A stretch of DNA of 64,000 nucleotides from the NCBI RefSeq assembly GCF_006345805.1, contig NC_042999.1, positions 162,378,001 to 162,442,000 on the forward strand, given 5' to 3'. The translations under genes were made by a program, and so were the position numbers. The stretch's first letter is position 1; the number at the start of each line of letters is the position of its first letter. The notes beneath the pieces were generated by a model. The model searched no databases. It was given only the letters and a program-made list of their open reading frames with translations, and was not told where the DNA came from. Below are positions 12,921-24,700 of the stretch, piece by piece. The stretch is from Octopus sinensis (lineage: Eukaryota).

Positions 12921-13174
12921 TGAGTACAGGACGTCACCAACCGTAAACAACATGAAGTTCGAAAACAAATGAGATAAGTACACAAAAAATGAGAGAAAAA
13001 AATGGAAAACAAGACAGCAACACAAAGAACGACCCTTCATCAATTGTCGGCTGTCTATCTACTCCTCATTTCAAGCATTCGACGACAATATGAGTCTTTG
13101 AAGACAGTTGCTCCCATAACTTCCAAAATAAAATTTAGGATTTATGGAGTAAAGAATAGCCCGTGAGGGAAAAT

Positions 13175-13464
13175 TATACATAAAAGCAAATAAATGGTAC
13201 AACGAAGTACCGATATTTACTGGAAAATAGTGAACGTAATAAATACGACGCTAATGTATAGCTTCACTGCGTATGTACTAGCAAAAATGCGTGTGTGCAA
13301 CAAACTTGAAAAAGGTAAGACAATTTTTTTCAAGTTTGTTGCACACACGCATTTTTGCTAGTACATACGCAGTGAAGCTATACATTAGCGTCGTATTTAT
13401 TACGTTCGCTATTTTCCAGTAAATATTGGTACTTCATTGTACCATTTATTTGCTTTTATGTATA
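13175..13464. repeat. Inverted repeat with about 139-bp arms and a 12-bp spacer, PLE pLTR-derived
   Basis: Three transition mismatches between arms; right arm plus spacer GGTAAGACAA is homologous to 58276-58415. Confidence 0.9.
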
Positions 13465-15451
13465 TATATATATATATATATATGTATATTATTTAGCTAC
13501 ATCTAGATGCGTGTAGGTTCATTTTTGATAACATGCTCATGTATTGTTTATAACAAAAAAAAAAAATGAGAAGAGAAAAAAGGAAGCTGCATGTATAATA
13601 CATAACTTAGAAGCAGTGCTACGGATGTACCAGCACACACGAGATTGAGACATGGCTGACCTCACGCACTTCTCAGGAATTTCAGAAGGAGCTGATTTTA
13701 TTTTGAAGTGATCCAAATTGTTAGGATATTAGAGTACCAGCTGATAGTAGTTCATATTCCATTGCCAAATTTTAGCTTATGGTCAAGATACTTAATTCTC
13801 AAATGGTTCAGTCCACCTGTCTGAAAATAGATTCTGCAGGGCAGTAACAACTTTGGTAGCAATCTAGTATATTAAAAAATGCTTCATTAGTGTGGTCATG
13901 TAGTTCAGAAATTTACTTAATCACATAATTCTAAGTTCAATCTCACACCACACAATGCACCACTTTGAGTGTCTTGGGTTGATCTAAGCACTTTAAATAA
14001 AACTGACCAAACAGAAACTGTACAGATCCCATTGAATTGGCCATTTGTATTATGGATGGGGTAGATTTAAATCATCACTCAGTTTGATACCACATCTGAT
14101 TCTTAGGTGCCTTTAGTGAAGTCCTCTCTGTTGTAATCATTCGTACTAGTTTTCTGGTATGAATATAAATCATGGCTCATGATTTGTTCCTCACTAGACC
14201 TTACTAAGTCATTAAAAAAATGAACTGAGGAATGAAGAATCTAATCTTTGGGTTTTTGCCCTTTTACTTACAAACAATCCAAGCACTGGATACAGGAATG
14301 GCTATTTGGTGATAAAATACACTTCACAAGAATGTAGCAAGTGTTTTCTACCATAACTTCAGGTCAATATACCTTGTGGGAGAAATTTAGTTGATACAAA
14401 TTGTGTGGTGGAAGACTAATATCAATATATATAAAGTAATCACATGTGTATGTTTGTGTATATAAATGTCCATACAAAATCTCATAAACAGGGTATCTGA
14501 GGGGAGCATAGAATTTGTTGGAGATGCTTAAAAGTTTTAGTAGGAACAGAAAATTTTTAGTGGAGGTTCAAAAGTTTTTGAAAAATGCTCATATAGAAAC
14601 AAACTTCTATAAATACAAAAAATGTTTCCAAGGAGTAAAAAATTATTTTGAGGATTAGAAATTTTTTACAGAGGCCAGAAGGTTTTACATTTTTAAATTT
14701 TAATTTTAGATTTGTATAAAGATTTGTATTGATATGGTAAGTAAAGTTATTGATTTGTTTGAAAGTTAATGTTTTATATTCGTTTTATGCAAAAGTTTTA
14801 GTTTTCATAAAGTTAAGAATTCAAATTAAATCAATATCATGTAAAATATATTTTCATTATTTTTTCTGATGCAAATATTTTTTGTTCTCATTTCATGATC
14901 TACTTTATTGTTCTGTAAAAAAAATTCTATTGACTTTATAGATATAAGTAAATTCAGTCAGTGTAAAGTTTGCTTTAATTTAACCCAGTAAAATGACAGG
15001 CAATCTATGTTAGATAATTGATAAAATTACATTTTTTTTAACTTCCCTTCCACCTTTAAAACTTCTGTTTTCATGTCTCTTCAGAGGAAGAAACATAATC
15101 TACACTAAAATCTAAAGCTCAATACTCTAAAATGCTAGGACTTGAAGGGTTTAGTAGAATAAATTGATCCCAGTACTTTTTAAGCAGGGTACTTACTGTA
15201 CTGGTCTCTTGTACTGAACTGCAATGTTACAAGGATATAAACAAACTTACACCAGTTGCTAAGCAGTGGTGGGGAACACACAACCAAAGACAAAATCACA
15301 TAGATACACATACACACATATAGGGGCCAAGATGGAAAAGATAGGCACCGTCAAGAGACAATTAGAAGCACACTGTACTGTGACCAGCTGTGTATAACAG
15401 CATCTGATGGTACGGTCAATACTGTGATATATATGTGTGCGTGTGTGTGTA

Positions 15452-15484
<33 letters not shown>

Positions 15485-15491
15485 CTATGTA

Positions 15492-15532
<41 letters not shown>

Positions 15533-15672
15533 ACATTATTGGTGAATTGAAGAAATGGAGCTGAACGCAGATTGAACAGAATCGTTTTATTTCATTCTAC
15601 ACGTGTTTCGAAAGGCACGTGCCTTTCGAAACACGTGTAGAATGAAATAAAACGATTCTGTGTGTGTGTGTA

Positions 15673-15708
<36 letters not shown>

Positions 15709-15716
15709 TCTATGTA

Positions 15717-15760
<44 letters not shown>

Positions 15761-15937
15761 AAACATTATTGGTGAATTGAAGAAATGGAGCTGAACGCAG
15801 ATTGAACAGAAATCGTTTTATTTCATTCTACACGTGTTTCGAAGGCACGTGCCTTTCGAAACACGTGTAGAATGAAATAAAACGATTTCTGTTCAATCTG
15901 CGTTCAGCTCCATTTCTTCAATTCACCAATAATGTTT
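15761..15937. repeat. Spacerless palindrome with 88-bp arms containing a hammerhead 3' half
   Basis: Centre CAC|GTG at 15848/49; GAAACACGTGTA at 15858-69; arm homologous to 16110-16185; partial direct duplicate at 15441-15660. Confidence 0.9.
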
Positions 15938-16403
15938 TAATTTCAATTATCCGCACCAACGCACGGTTGCAACGCCAGATGGTTGTACCTCCAACCGTGC
16001 TGTTTACTGCTGTGATTTTTGCTACTAAGGTATCGGTTAAACTTTTGATTAATCTACTACAAGATTATTCATCTTTCTATTTCACATAATATATATATAT
16101 ATATATAATTAGTGAATGGAAGAAATGGAGTTGAACGAAGATTGTACAGAATTCATTTTATTGCATTCTACACATGTTTCAAAGGCCACAATTTTCCAAA
16201 TTCTGATTGAATAAGGATACCATATTGCAGCTTTCTCTACAGGAAAATCCAGGAATTACGATGTCCGAACAAAACAAAGTCGCAGCCAGCAAATCGAACA
16301 AAAACGCTCCTTAAGAGCCCATGTAGTGGGTTAAACTTTTGAATAATCCGTAACAAGATAATTCATCTTTCCATTTCAACAAACATATATATATATATAT
16401 ATA

Positions 16404-16722
16404 TAGTTTATATCCAGTTAAAAGAAGAAAAGAGAATGGAGATAAGGAAGTTAACAATTATATGTGGACTTATCAATTCATTTCGCAGTCTGCTGGAATG
16501 AATTGGTAAGCCCACATATAACATCCCAAGGTAAATCTTTTCTTTGATGAAATTATGCTCGTGTCACAAAAATGCAAATTTAATGTACAAATTTGTAATT
16601 AAATTATTGGGTATTAATTGAAACAGCAGTAAGAAGCAAAGATGATCAATTTGTTAATAATATATAATTACTAACTTCTTTATCTCAATTTTATTTTCTT
16701 CGTTTAACTGGATATAAACTAT
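16404..16722. repeat. Element with about 59-bp imperfect terminal inverted repeats enclosing a degenerate hammerhead
   Basis: ATAGTTTATATCCAGTTAAA... versus ...TTTAACTGGATATAAACTAT. Confidence 0.75.
16540..16635 (+). ncRNA. Degenerate type I hammerhead motif
   Basis: Stem I TTCT/AGAA; TTGATGA (C3>T); stem II AATTA/TAATT; GAAACAGCAGTA (one change from palindrome ACAGCTGT). Confidence 0.5.
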
Positions 16723-16863
16723 TTGCTTAATATATAGACTTATTGTTTTAAAGGAATTTCGTTCCCCAACAATACTAGGTATTGAACTAGAATTTCCTTG
16801 GATGCAACCATCCCTTCACAAGGTTAACACATCCTCCAGTTAAATACATATATGTGTTGTGTG

Positions 16864-16900
<37 letters not shown>

Positions 16901-16984
16901 CATACTACTAAAACTCTGTGATTGTTTGCTTGTCTGTAATTTAATACAGCCAAAGCAGCACATAAAGGGAAAATACTCTGAAAG

Positions 16985-17637
16985 TAAGTTTTTTCGCCTT
17001 CGGCCCAGTGCGTCCATGCTGCCAACAAAGCACGCGGAATTCTGTTCTTGATTCGACGGTCATTCGGAATGCTCACAGCAGCCATATTCCTACCACTCTA
17101 TGTCACGCTGGTGAGACCCATATTGGAGTACGGGATTCAAGCCTCTTATCCTTATCTCCTCAAAGACATACAGCATCTCGAAAGAGTCCAGAAGCTGGCT
17201 ACTCGCATGGTTCAGGGTCTCAAAAATTTGTCTTATGAAGAAAGGCTGAGGACGTTCGACCTTTATTCTCTAGAAAAACGCCGCCGCCGTGGTGATCTCA
17301 TTCTCGCTCACAACATCATAAGCGGAAAGTGTAACCTCTCGAAAGAGCTGTTCTTCACTCCTGCTCCAGAGCGTCGGCTGCGGGGTCATTCCGAAAAGCT
17401 CTACCTGCGACGATTTCATCTCAATCGAAGGAGAGGAGCTTTCTCCATCCGGGTTGCGGATCCGTGGAACAAGCTGCCAGACGAGATGGTGAAGATGCCG
17501 ACGACCGCTTTGTTCAAAGTCTCCCTTGACCTCAAGTGGCCTGAACTCTTTACATGAACATCACCCTGTACTTAACACCATGTCCCCTATATGGCCTTGC
17601 TATTTGCTTTTGAACCAAAACTAACTAACTAACTAAC
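16985..17637 (+). mobile_element. CR1-clade LINE 3' fragment (ORF2 C-terminus + 3' UTR)
   Basis: Open ORF 17048-17557 with LYVTLVRPILEY, LERVQKLATRMV, LSYEERL, RRRRGDLI, RGHSEKL, FSIRVADPWNKLP; (CTAA)n tail. Confidence 0.95.
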
Positions 17638-18167
17638 CCCTGAAATGTGAATACAAACAGAATAAAATAAGTTTCACATAAATCAGACCATGGATTCCTG
17701 AGATACGTGTTTTTTTTTAAGTACCTTCATAAATAGCCAAAATGGTCCATAAAAGGAAAATACTCCAAATAACCCTAAAAACCCTAAAAAATACAAATTA
17801 TTTGCACAGCGAGTATTTATATTTCAGCTTTCTTTAAATAGAAAATATTTCAATTATTAAAAAGTATATATGATTTGAAAAATATGAGTTGTTTGTAGAG
17901 TAAATATTTATATTTAGCTTTCTTTAAACAGACGATATTTTCATTATTTAGAAATATTTTTAAGTGATGATTTAAAAAAAATAAATTTTTAAGTAATAGG
18001 AATATTTTTTAAGGTGAATATGATTTTCTATTCTTAGATCATGCCTCAGTGAAGGAAGAAAGAAAACATCTGGTTGGTCTATAGATGGTGGGAAGACAGC
18101 AGGGCTATGGAGAGCCGAAGAGGGTGAGCAAGATAGTGGTGAATGCTAACAAGATCAGGACAGGCAT

Positions 18168-18345
18168 GTGAATAGAAGGATCAATGAGGCTGATAAAGGA
18201 AGGGCTGAACATCTAGTGGAACAAAGGGAAAGAGACAGAAGCAGGAGAGATCATGAATTGGATGCTCAGAGAGCTGAGCATCTGGCAGAACAGAGGGAAA
18301 GAGATAGAAGCAGGAAAGATCATGAATTGGACACTTTAAACACAA
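18168..18345 (+). pseudogene. Remnant encoding 23-aa STPR-like repeats
   Basis: 69-bp direct repeat translating to AEHLVEQRERDRSRRDHELDAQR / AEHLAEQRERDRSRKDHELD. Confidence 0.45.
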
Positions 18346-18476
18346 ACTTGTATGATGACACAAATGAATTGAAATATTTAACTGAATCATCATAAAATTA
18401 ACTTTCAATGCATTGTTGAAATCAGCTTCAATGTTTTATAACCTGAACCGTCAATAACCCAACAGGTCATGGGTAA

Positions 18477-18865
18477 TCTTTATATATAAAACTAAAGTTG
18501 TGTGTCTGTCTCCTACGATTTAGATTCCTAACTACTCCTACATTTTGCGGTGCAGTTTAACCAAAACCGGGTATCTTATAGTCGTGATTCATATCGAGCC
18601 CTTCTGGGTATTAGCGTGCATCTACGATGAGTCTATGATTTAAAAAAAAATTTACCATCAATTTTTCCCATTTTTAATGCATTTTTGGCATATATAACTC
18701 TCTAAAAATTTATTATTAAATCTCAGAACGTAAAAAGCTACAGTAACACCCCCCCCCCCCTTTGTGGTTAGCCATATTGAGATGGCTATTATACTTTACA
18801 TCTCTAAAAATGCTTATATAGTTATTTCCCTTACAAACCCAAGCAACGCCGGGTGATACTGCTAG
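18477..18865 (+). mobile_element. Non-autonomous Helitron-like element, complete
   Basis: A|TCTTTATATATAAAA...CCCAAGCAACGCCGGGTGATACTGCTAG|T. Confidence 0.88.
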
Positions 18866-18879
18866 TCTAGTATATAACT

Positions 18880-18993
18880 GTGTTTAACACGTATTTTCTT
18901 AGCCTCAATTCTTAAACCTTATATTTGACATATATATATATAAGTCAAATGTAAGGTTTAAGAATTAAAACTAAGAAAATACGTGTTAAATAC
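18880..18993. repeat. Inverted repeat with about 50-bp arms around (TA)n
   Basis: TTTAACACGTATTTTCTTAG...TTTGAC versus GTCAAA...CTAAGAAAATACGTGTTAAA. Confidence 0.85.
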
Positions 18994-19189
18994 GGTATGG
19001 AAACTTTATTTCAGGGTAAGCCCCAGGTCGTGTGTCTGAAGAGCACATTCACCACTTATGGCTACCAGGCATCATCAGCAATACCTAGCAAACATCGTTG
19101 TAACAATTCCAGGAATTCCAGGATGGACATTGGGTATATTAAGGATAAATAAAGATGATACAATGTACCAACAAAAAAATTATATATTA

Positions 19190-19279
19190 CCACAACAATT
19201 GTTTCATCTTCAAGATGCACTGCTCTCCTGTGGGTGTGGAATGATGCAACACGCAGGGCATGGAAGACTCCTCAGGTGG
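19190..19279 (-). ncRNA. Type I hammerhead ribozyme motif, near-intact
   Basis: Minus strand: CCAC-CTGAGGA-GTCTTC...GAAGAT-GAAA-CAATTG-TT-GTGG; palindromic ACAATTGT stem III. Confidence 0.72.
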
Positions 19280-19954
19280 GATAATACGGTTTTAAGCTGG
19301 GAAATTTACATTTGAGTTTCGCTGTATTGGGATTTTAACAGTTAGACAGATACACAGACCACAGGCATGCACATTCATACATTTAAATCAATACAAAACC
19401 ATGTGGACACACACATTAATAATTATACTCATGGGCACACACCAGCACACACATGTATGTGTGTCAGTCAATCACACATGCACACAACTATACACATATA
19501 CACAAACACATCTACACACAGAGATACATCCCTCAGGGCACAAAGATTCACCCACACACACACAGACATCATATAGACACTGCCACACTAGAGCACATGC
19601 ATGCACACACACACCCATGTGCACTACCACACCCACACCCACACCCCAGGACATATAAATCCAAATGTACATTGACACCCACAGTCTGCAGGCAAGTACA
19701 CTTATACACACATACATTCATACAGATATACACATGCACACATCAGCACACACCAGAGACTACCACTCAGCACATACATACATACATGGGCATATAGAAA
19801 CATGTTGACTCTGCACATACATACACACAAAAGATTGCACACACTCACAAGACTACTCAGACACATGTGTAGGCATAGAACAATAAACAGCACATGGGCA
19901 AAAGCCCACCCACCTGTCCCTGGGCACATTGACCGATAGCATGGTGTTCACTGT

Positions 19955-20470
19955 TCAATATGGATTATGGCAGTTTGGTGCTGTGTTTATGGGGTGGTAG
20001 TAGTTGAAGGTGACTTTCATGGCATGTAAACAACATTTAATCCATTTAGTTAATTTTTTTAATGACTTTTTCCCTAGTAAGTAAAATTGATAGGGATTCT
20101 TCAGAGTACAGTCCACAGGTCCTACAATGTGAGTTGTAAAGTTTTGCATATTTTATAATTGTCCATGAAATTTCCTATTTAATGTTGTTGGTTTTCAGTT
20201 GCCAGAGAAAATCTGCCAGTGATGTCACATGTCTCTTGTTCAGTTTTTTGAAACTAAAAACATGATTTCTATATCGATACTTGAAAGAATCAGCTCTGGG
20301 ACCAACATACACATAAGAGCCTCCCCTCGTGTGCACAGTACATTTATAGATACTGTTACAAGTCATGCAAAGATTATCCAATGGGCATTTACTCTTTTGG
20401 TCACATTGCCTTGAAGCAACATCAGGGAGTGAATATTGTTTAGTCTTTAAAGTGATTGGCAAATAAATAG
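19955..20470 (-). pseudogene. PLE GIY-YIG endonuclease fragment, second PLE lineage
   Basis: CPLDNLCMTCNSIYKCTV...VYVG....FKYRYRNHVFSFK...TSLADFLWQLK. Confidence 0.85.
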
Positions 20471-21174
20471 AAACACTGTCAGATCAAGAGGACTCTTTAG
20501 TCTTACCAAAAATGCAACAATGCCTTTAGTGCTGGTACCATGATAAAATATATCTAGTACATTCTATAAAGTGGTTCATATGAGGAAAGTCATCTAGCTG
20601 TAGAAACCAAACCAAAAATGGAACATAAGAGTAAGAAGTAATCCTCTGACCAGTCTAAAAAGGCTGTGAGTTGCCCTGAACTTACTAAACTTATAATAAT
20701 AATAATAATAATAATGAAATTATTGTATACAGGGCAGTAATGTACAAATGTCTGGAAAGCGAACAGTGTATGAGTCAGATACATGCTTGCGTGTGTATGG
20801 AGGGGAGAAAATCAGGTGTAGTGTTGGCGAATCTCGGGAAGCATGGAAGTTTTGAAGGATGCAGTGCTCCGACAACTAACAACTGATGCCGGCAATCTGT
20901 TCCATAATCAAAGGCATTCTTGCCTCAAATATTCAGTTTTTTACCTATATATTCTAACACTACATTGTCCAATTTATCCCTCCTATAATTTAAAGAAATT
21001 TAATGATAGAGTGACCACATAAAGGCATCCTCTATGATTTGATGGTGTTGGTGGTGGCAGTTTTTGGAGCAATGATAGCAATGGTGATGGCAATAAGAGT
21101 TCAGCTGTACTTATTTCATTATGCCAGCAATAAATAAGGATTCAGTACAGAAAACACTAGAAATAATGAAAACA

Positions 21175-21547
21175 ATGGGACACAAAACTGTTGAGGCAAG
21201 TGAAAATCAAAATCAAAATCAAAATCAAAATCGATCAACATCAATGGAAACTGTAGCTGTGATACCAGCGCCGCCCCGACTGGCCTCCATGCCGGTGGCA
21301 CGTAAAAAGCACCATCCGAATCGTGGCCGTTTGCCAGACCCCCCTGGCACCTGTGCAGGTGGCACGTAAAAAGCACCCACTACACTCGCGGAGTGGTTGG
21401 CGTTAGGAAGGGCATCCAGCCACAGAAACACTGCCAGATCAGACTGGGCCTGGTGTAGCCTTCTGGCTTCCCAGACCCCAGTTGAACCGTCCAACCCATG
21501 CTAGCATGGAAAGCGGACGTTAAACGATGATGATGATGATGATGATG
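21175..21547 (+). mobile_element. RTE LINE 3' UTR copy
   Basis: Homologous to 33290-33749; (GAT)n tail. Confidence 0.9.
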
Positions 21548-21801
21548 AATGGAGAGAAATGTACAGAACATGAGGAAGAGCAGAAGAAAGAGGTGGTGGG
21601 AAGTCAGAGGAGAAGAGGAATGAGGCAGAGGGGGGAAAGAGAATGAAAATGAAATATAGAAAATGAAGAAATTAGTAATCAATGTTTAAATTTTGATCAG
21701 TATTCTTTACCTCAGGCTTTGATTACAGACATCAAATGATATCTGTCTAGAGACAGACAAACAGACAATATTTTCTATAAAAAGTTCCATAAAAATAAAT
21801 A

Positions 21802-22220
21802 GGTGCAGGAGTGGCTGTGTGGTAAGTAGCTTGCTAACCAATCACATGGTTCTGGGTTCAGTCCCACTGCGTGGCATCTTGGGCAAGTGTCTTCTGCTAT
21901 AGCCCCGGGCCGACCAATGCCTTGTGAGTGGATTTGGTAGACGGAAACTGAAAGAAGCCTGTCGTATATATGTATATATATATAAGTGTATGTGTATATG
22001 TTTGTGTGTGTGTGTGTTTGTCCCCCTAGCATTGCTTGACAACCGATGCTGGTGTGTTTACGTCCCCGTCACTTAGTGGTTCGGCAAAAGAGACCGATAG
22101 AATAAGTACTGGGCTTACAAAGAATAAGTCCCGGGGTCGATTTGCTCGACTAAAGGCAGTGCTCCAGCATGGCCGCAGTCAAATGACTGAAACAAGTAAA
22201 AGAGTAAAGAGTAAGAGTAA
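21802..22220 (+). mobile_element. SINE family A, full length
   Basis: High identity to 8021-8450. Confidence 0.92.
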
Positions 22221-22228
22221 CACACACA

Positions 22229-22260
<32 letters not shown>

Positions 22261-22636
22261 ATGTCTAGCTTCTATGCTGGTATGGGTTGCACAGTTCCAC
22301 AGTCTGACAAGTCACAGGACTGTATCATGCTGCAATGTCTACTTTGACATGGTTTCTATGGTTGGATGCTCTTCCTAACACCAACCACTTTACAGAGTGT
22401 ATTGGGGTGATTTTCTCACGGTACTAGTACTACTAAAGTGGTCCTTAGAAGTGAGGAAGAATAGAAGAGAGAGGGTCAACCAGTTTACCCTTATGCTAGT
22501 TTGAAGTGACATAAATAAGATGTGGTATATGTTTTGAACTAAGAAAAGCTTTAAACTTTGGTTTTTATTTTCTCTTGGTGAGTTAATATATAACAATTTG
22601 ACATTTTAAATGCTTAGAAGTTCACTCATGAACGAT

Positions 22637-22843
22637 TCTTTTACTCTTTTACTTGTTTCAGTCATTTGACTGCGGCCATGCTGGAGCACCGCCTTTAGTC
22701 GAGCAAATCGACCCCGGGACTTATTCTTTGTAATTCAGTACTTATTCTATCAGTCTCTTTTGCCGAACTGCTAAGTGACGGGGACGTAAACACACCAGCA
22801 TCGGTTGTCAAGCAATGCTAGGGGGACAAACACAGACACACAA

Positions 22844-22888
<45 letters not shown>

Positions 22889-23054
22889 TACGACAGGCTT
22901 CTTTCAGTTTCTGTCTACCAAATCCACTCACAAGGCATTGGTTGGCCCAGGGCTATAGCAGAAGACACTTGCCCAAGATGCCACGCAGTGGGACTGAACC
23001 CGGAACCATGTGGTTGTTTAGCATGCTACTTACCACACAGCCACTCCTGCGCCT
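22637..23054 (-). mobile_element. SINE family A, full length
   Basis: Reverse complement of family A. Confidence 0.92.
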
Positions 23055-23215
23055 ATATACATTTTGTCTATTTGAATGGAATCAACATGCCTATGAAGTG
23101 TTATAAATCTATATTGCAATGCTTTTCAAGTCCATAAGTCAATTGTGTCTTGAACAATTATGTCTGTCAAGATGAACAAAGAATAAAAATAGTGATAATT
23201 TTATTTTATTGCATA

Positions 23216-23852
23216 CTAGCAGTATCGCCCGGCGTTGCTCGGGTTTGTAAGGGAAATAACTATATAAGCATTTTTAGAGAGTTATAGCCAAAAAATAGCA
23301 AAAAATGCATTAAAAATGGAAAAAATATGATGGTAAATTTTTTGAAAAATCGTTGACTCATCGTAGACATTTTTAGAGAGTTACTTCCCTTATATAATAG
23401 CGAAAAAATGCATTAAAATGGAAAAAAAAACGATGGTAAATTTTTTTTAAATCGTAGACTCATGTAGACGCTTTCTTAGCCATTTCTGTTTTGGTGTCTT
23501 CAAGCCATGAAGTCGTTGTTCTAAAAGAACGCTGGTCTCCTTGACAACGCATTACAACGTTGATTTCCTTACACTCCCTTCCCCACAGGTGCAGGTGTGA
23601 GCGTGGACGCCAACTCCGCCGCCATCGACACACGAAAAATTATGCATTAAAATGGAATAAAAAATGATGTTAAATTATTTTTAAAATCGTAGACTCATCG
23701 TAGACGCGCGCTAATACTCGGACGGGCTCGATATGAATCACGACTATAAGCTACCCGAATTTGGTTAAACTGCACCGCAAAATGTGGGAGTAGTTAGGAA
23801 TCTAAATCGAAGGGGACAGACACTCATACAACTACAGTTTTATATATATAGA
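23216..23852 (-). mobile_element. Non-autonomous Helitron-like element, long variant with extra internal module
   Basis: TC...CTAG termini; extra 23472-23635 segment between repeated ATGCATTAAAATGGA...GTAGACGC modules. Confidence 0.85.
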
Positions 23853-23864
23853 TATACATAGCGC

Positions 23865-24125
23865 AGTAGTGGTGAAATGTGACAGCATACATTCACTCTC
23901 TGCATGCAATTAGACTCGGAAAGTTCGTGAGGAACCCATTGACCCAATTTGCTGACTTTTCCGATAGCACACAGGTCTCAATGAATGGTTGAATGACCAA
24001 ATCCAAGCTTCTCTGCTAGTTCCTCAACAGTTACGATGAGATTTTGTTCCACCAGGGTTTTCAGGATGTCCTTGTCGAGTTCTACAGATCTTTCAGGATG
24101 AGGCTCGTCTTCTAGGCTGTTCCAA
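23865..24125 (-). pseudogene. Mariner transposase fragment
   Basis: SLEDEPHPERSVELDKDILKTLVEQN...EELAEKLGFGHSTIH*DLCAIGKVSKLGQWVPHEL (WVPHEL motif). Confidence 0.92.
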
Positions 24126-24299
24126 TATAGCTTTGAAAAAAATAGCTGTTAAAATCGAAATGCACTCTTCAAAACTTGCACTATGAATAAGGACAAGATA
24201 AAATTACTACCTGCTTTTATAGCAAGTTAATATAAGTAGTTTATCCCATTCCCCTCTGACTTTTAGTTCAAGCTGTTGAAAAAACCGCATTATTATATA

Positions 24300-24567
24300 T
24301 ATATACATACATACATACATACATACATACATACATACATACATACACACACACACTCTCTCTCTCACACACATGCACACATTTATATTCTGTTATTCTT
24401 TTATATGTTTCAGCCTTGAGGTTGTGGCCATGCTGGATCATGTGTGTGTGTGTGTGTGTCTATTTGTCTGTCTGTCTGTATGTATATATGTATATGTATG
24501 TGTGTGAACAATAATATTTTCAACAGATGTGTTGCAAATGTATCTGATTGTTCTCAAGCTTCAATAC

Positions 24568-24604
<37 letters not shown>

Positions 24605-24665
24605 ATGTATGTATGTATATGTATGTATGTGTGTATGTATGTATGTGTGTGTGTGTATGTATGTA

Positions 24666-24700
<35 letters not shown>

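Noticed and set aside
13620-13830. GC-richer unique stretch as an exon
   Set aside because: All frames between plausible splice sites contain stops
19360-19930. Long His/Thr-rich ORFs
   Set aside because: Degenerate (CA)n low-complexity sequence
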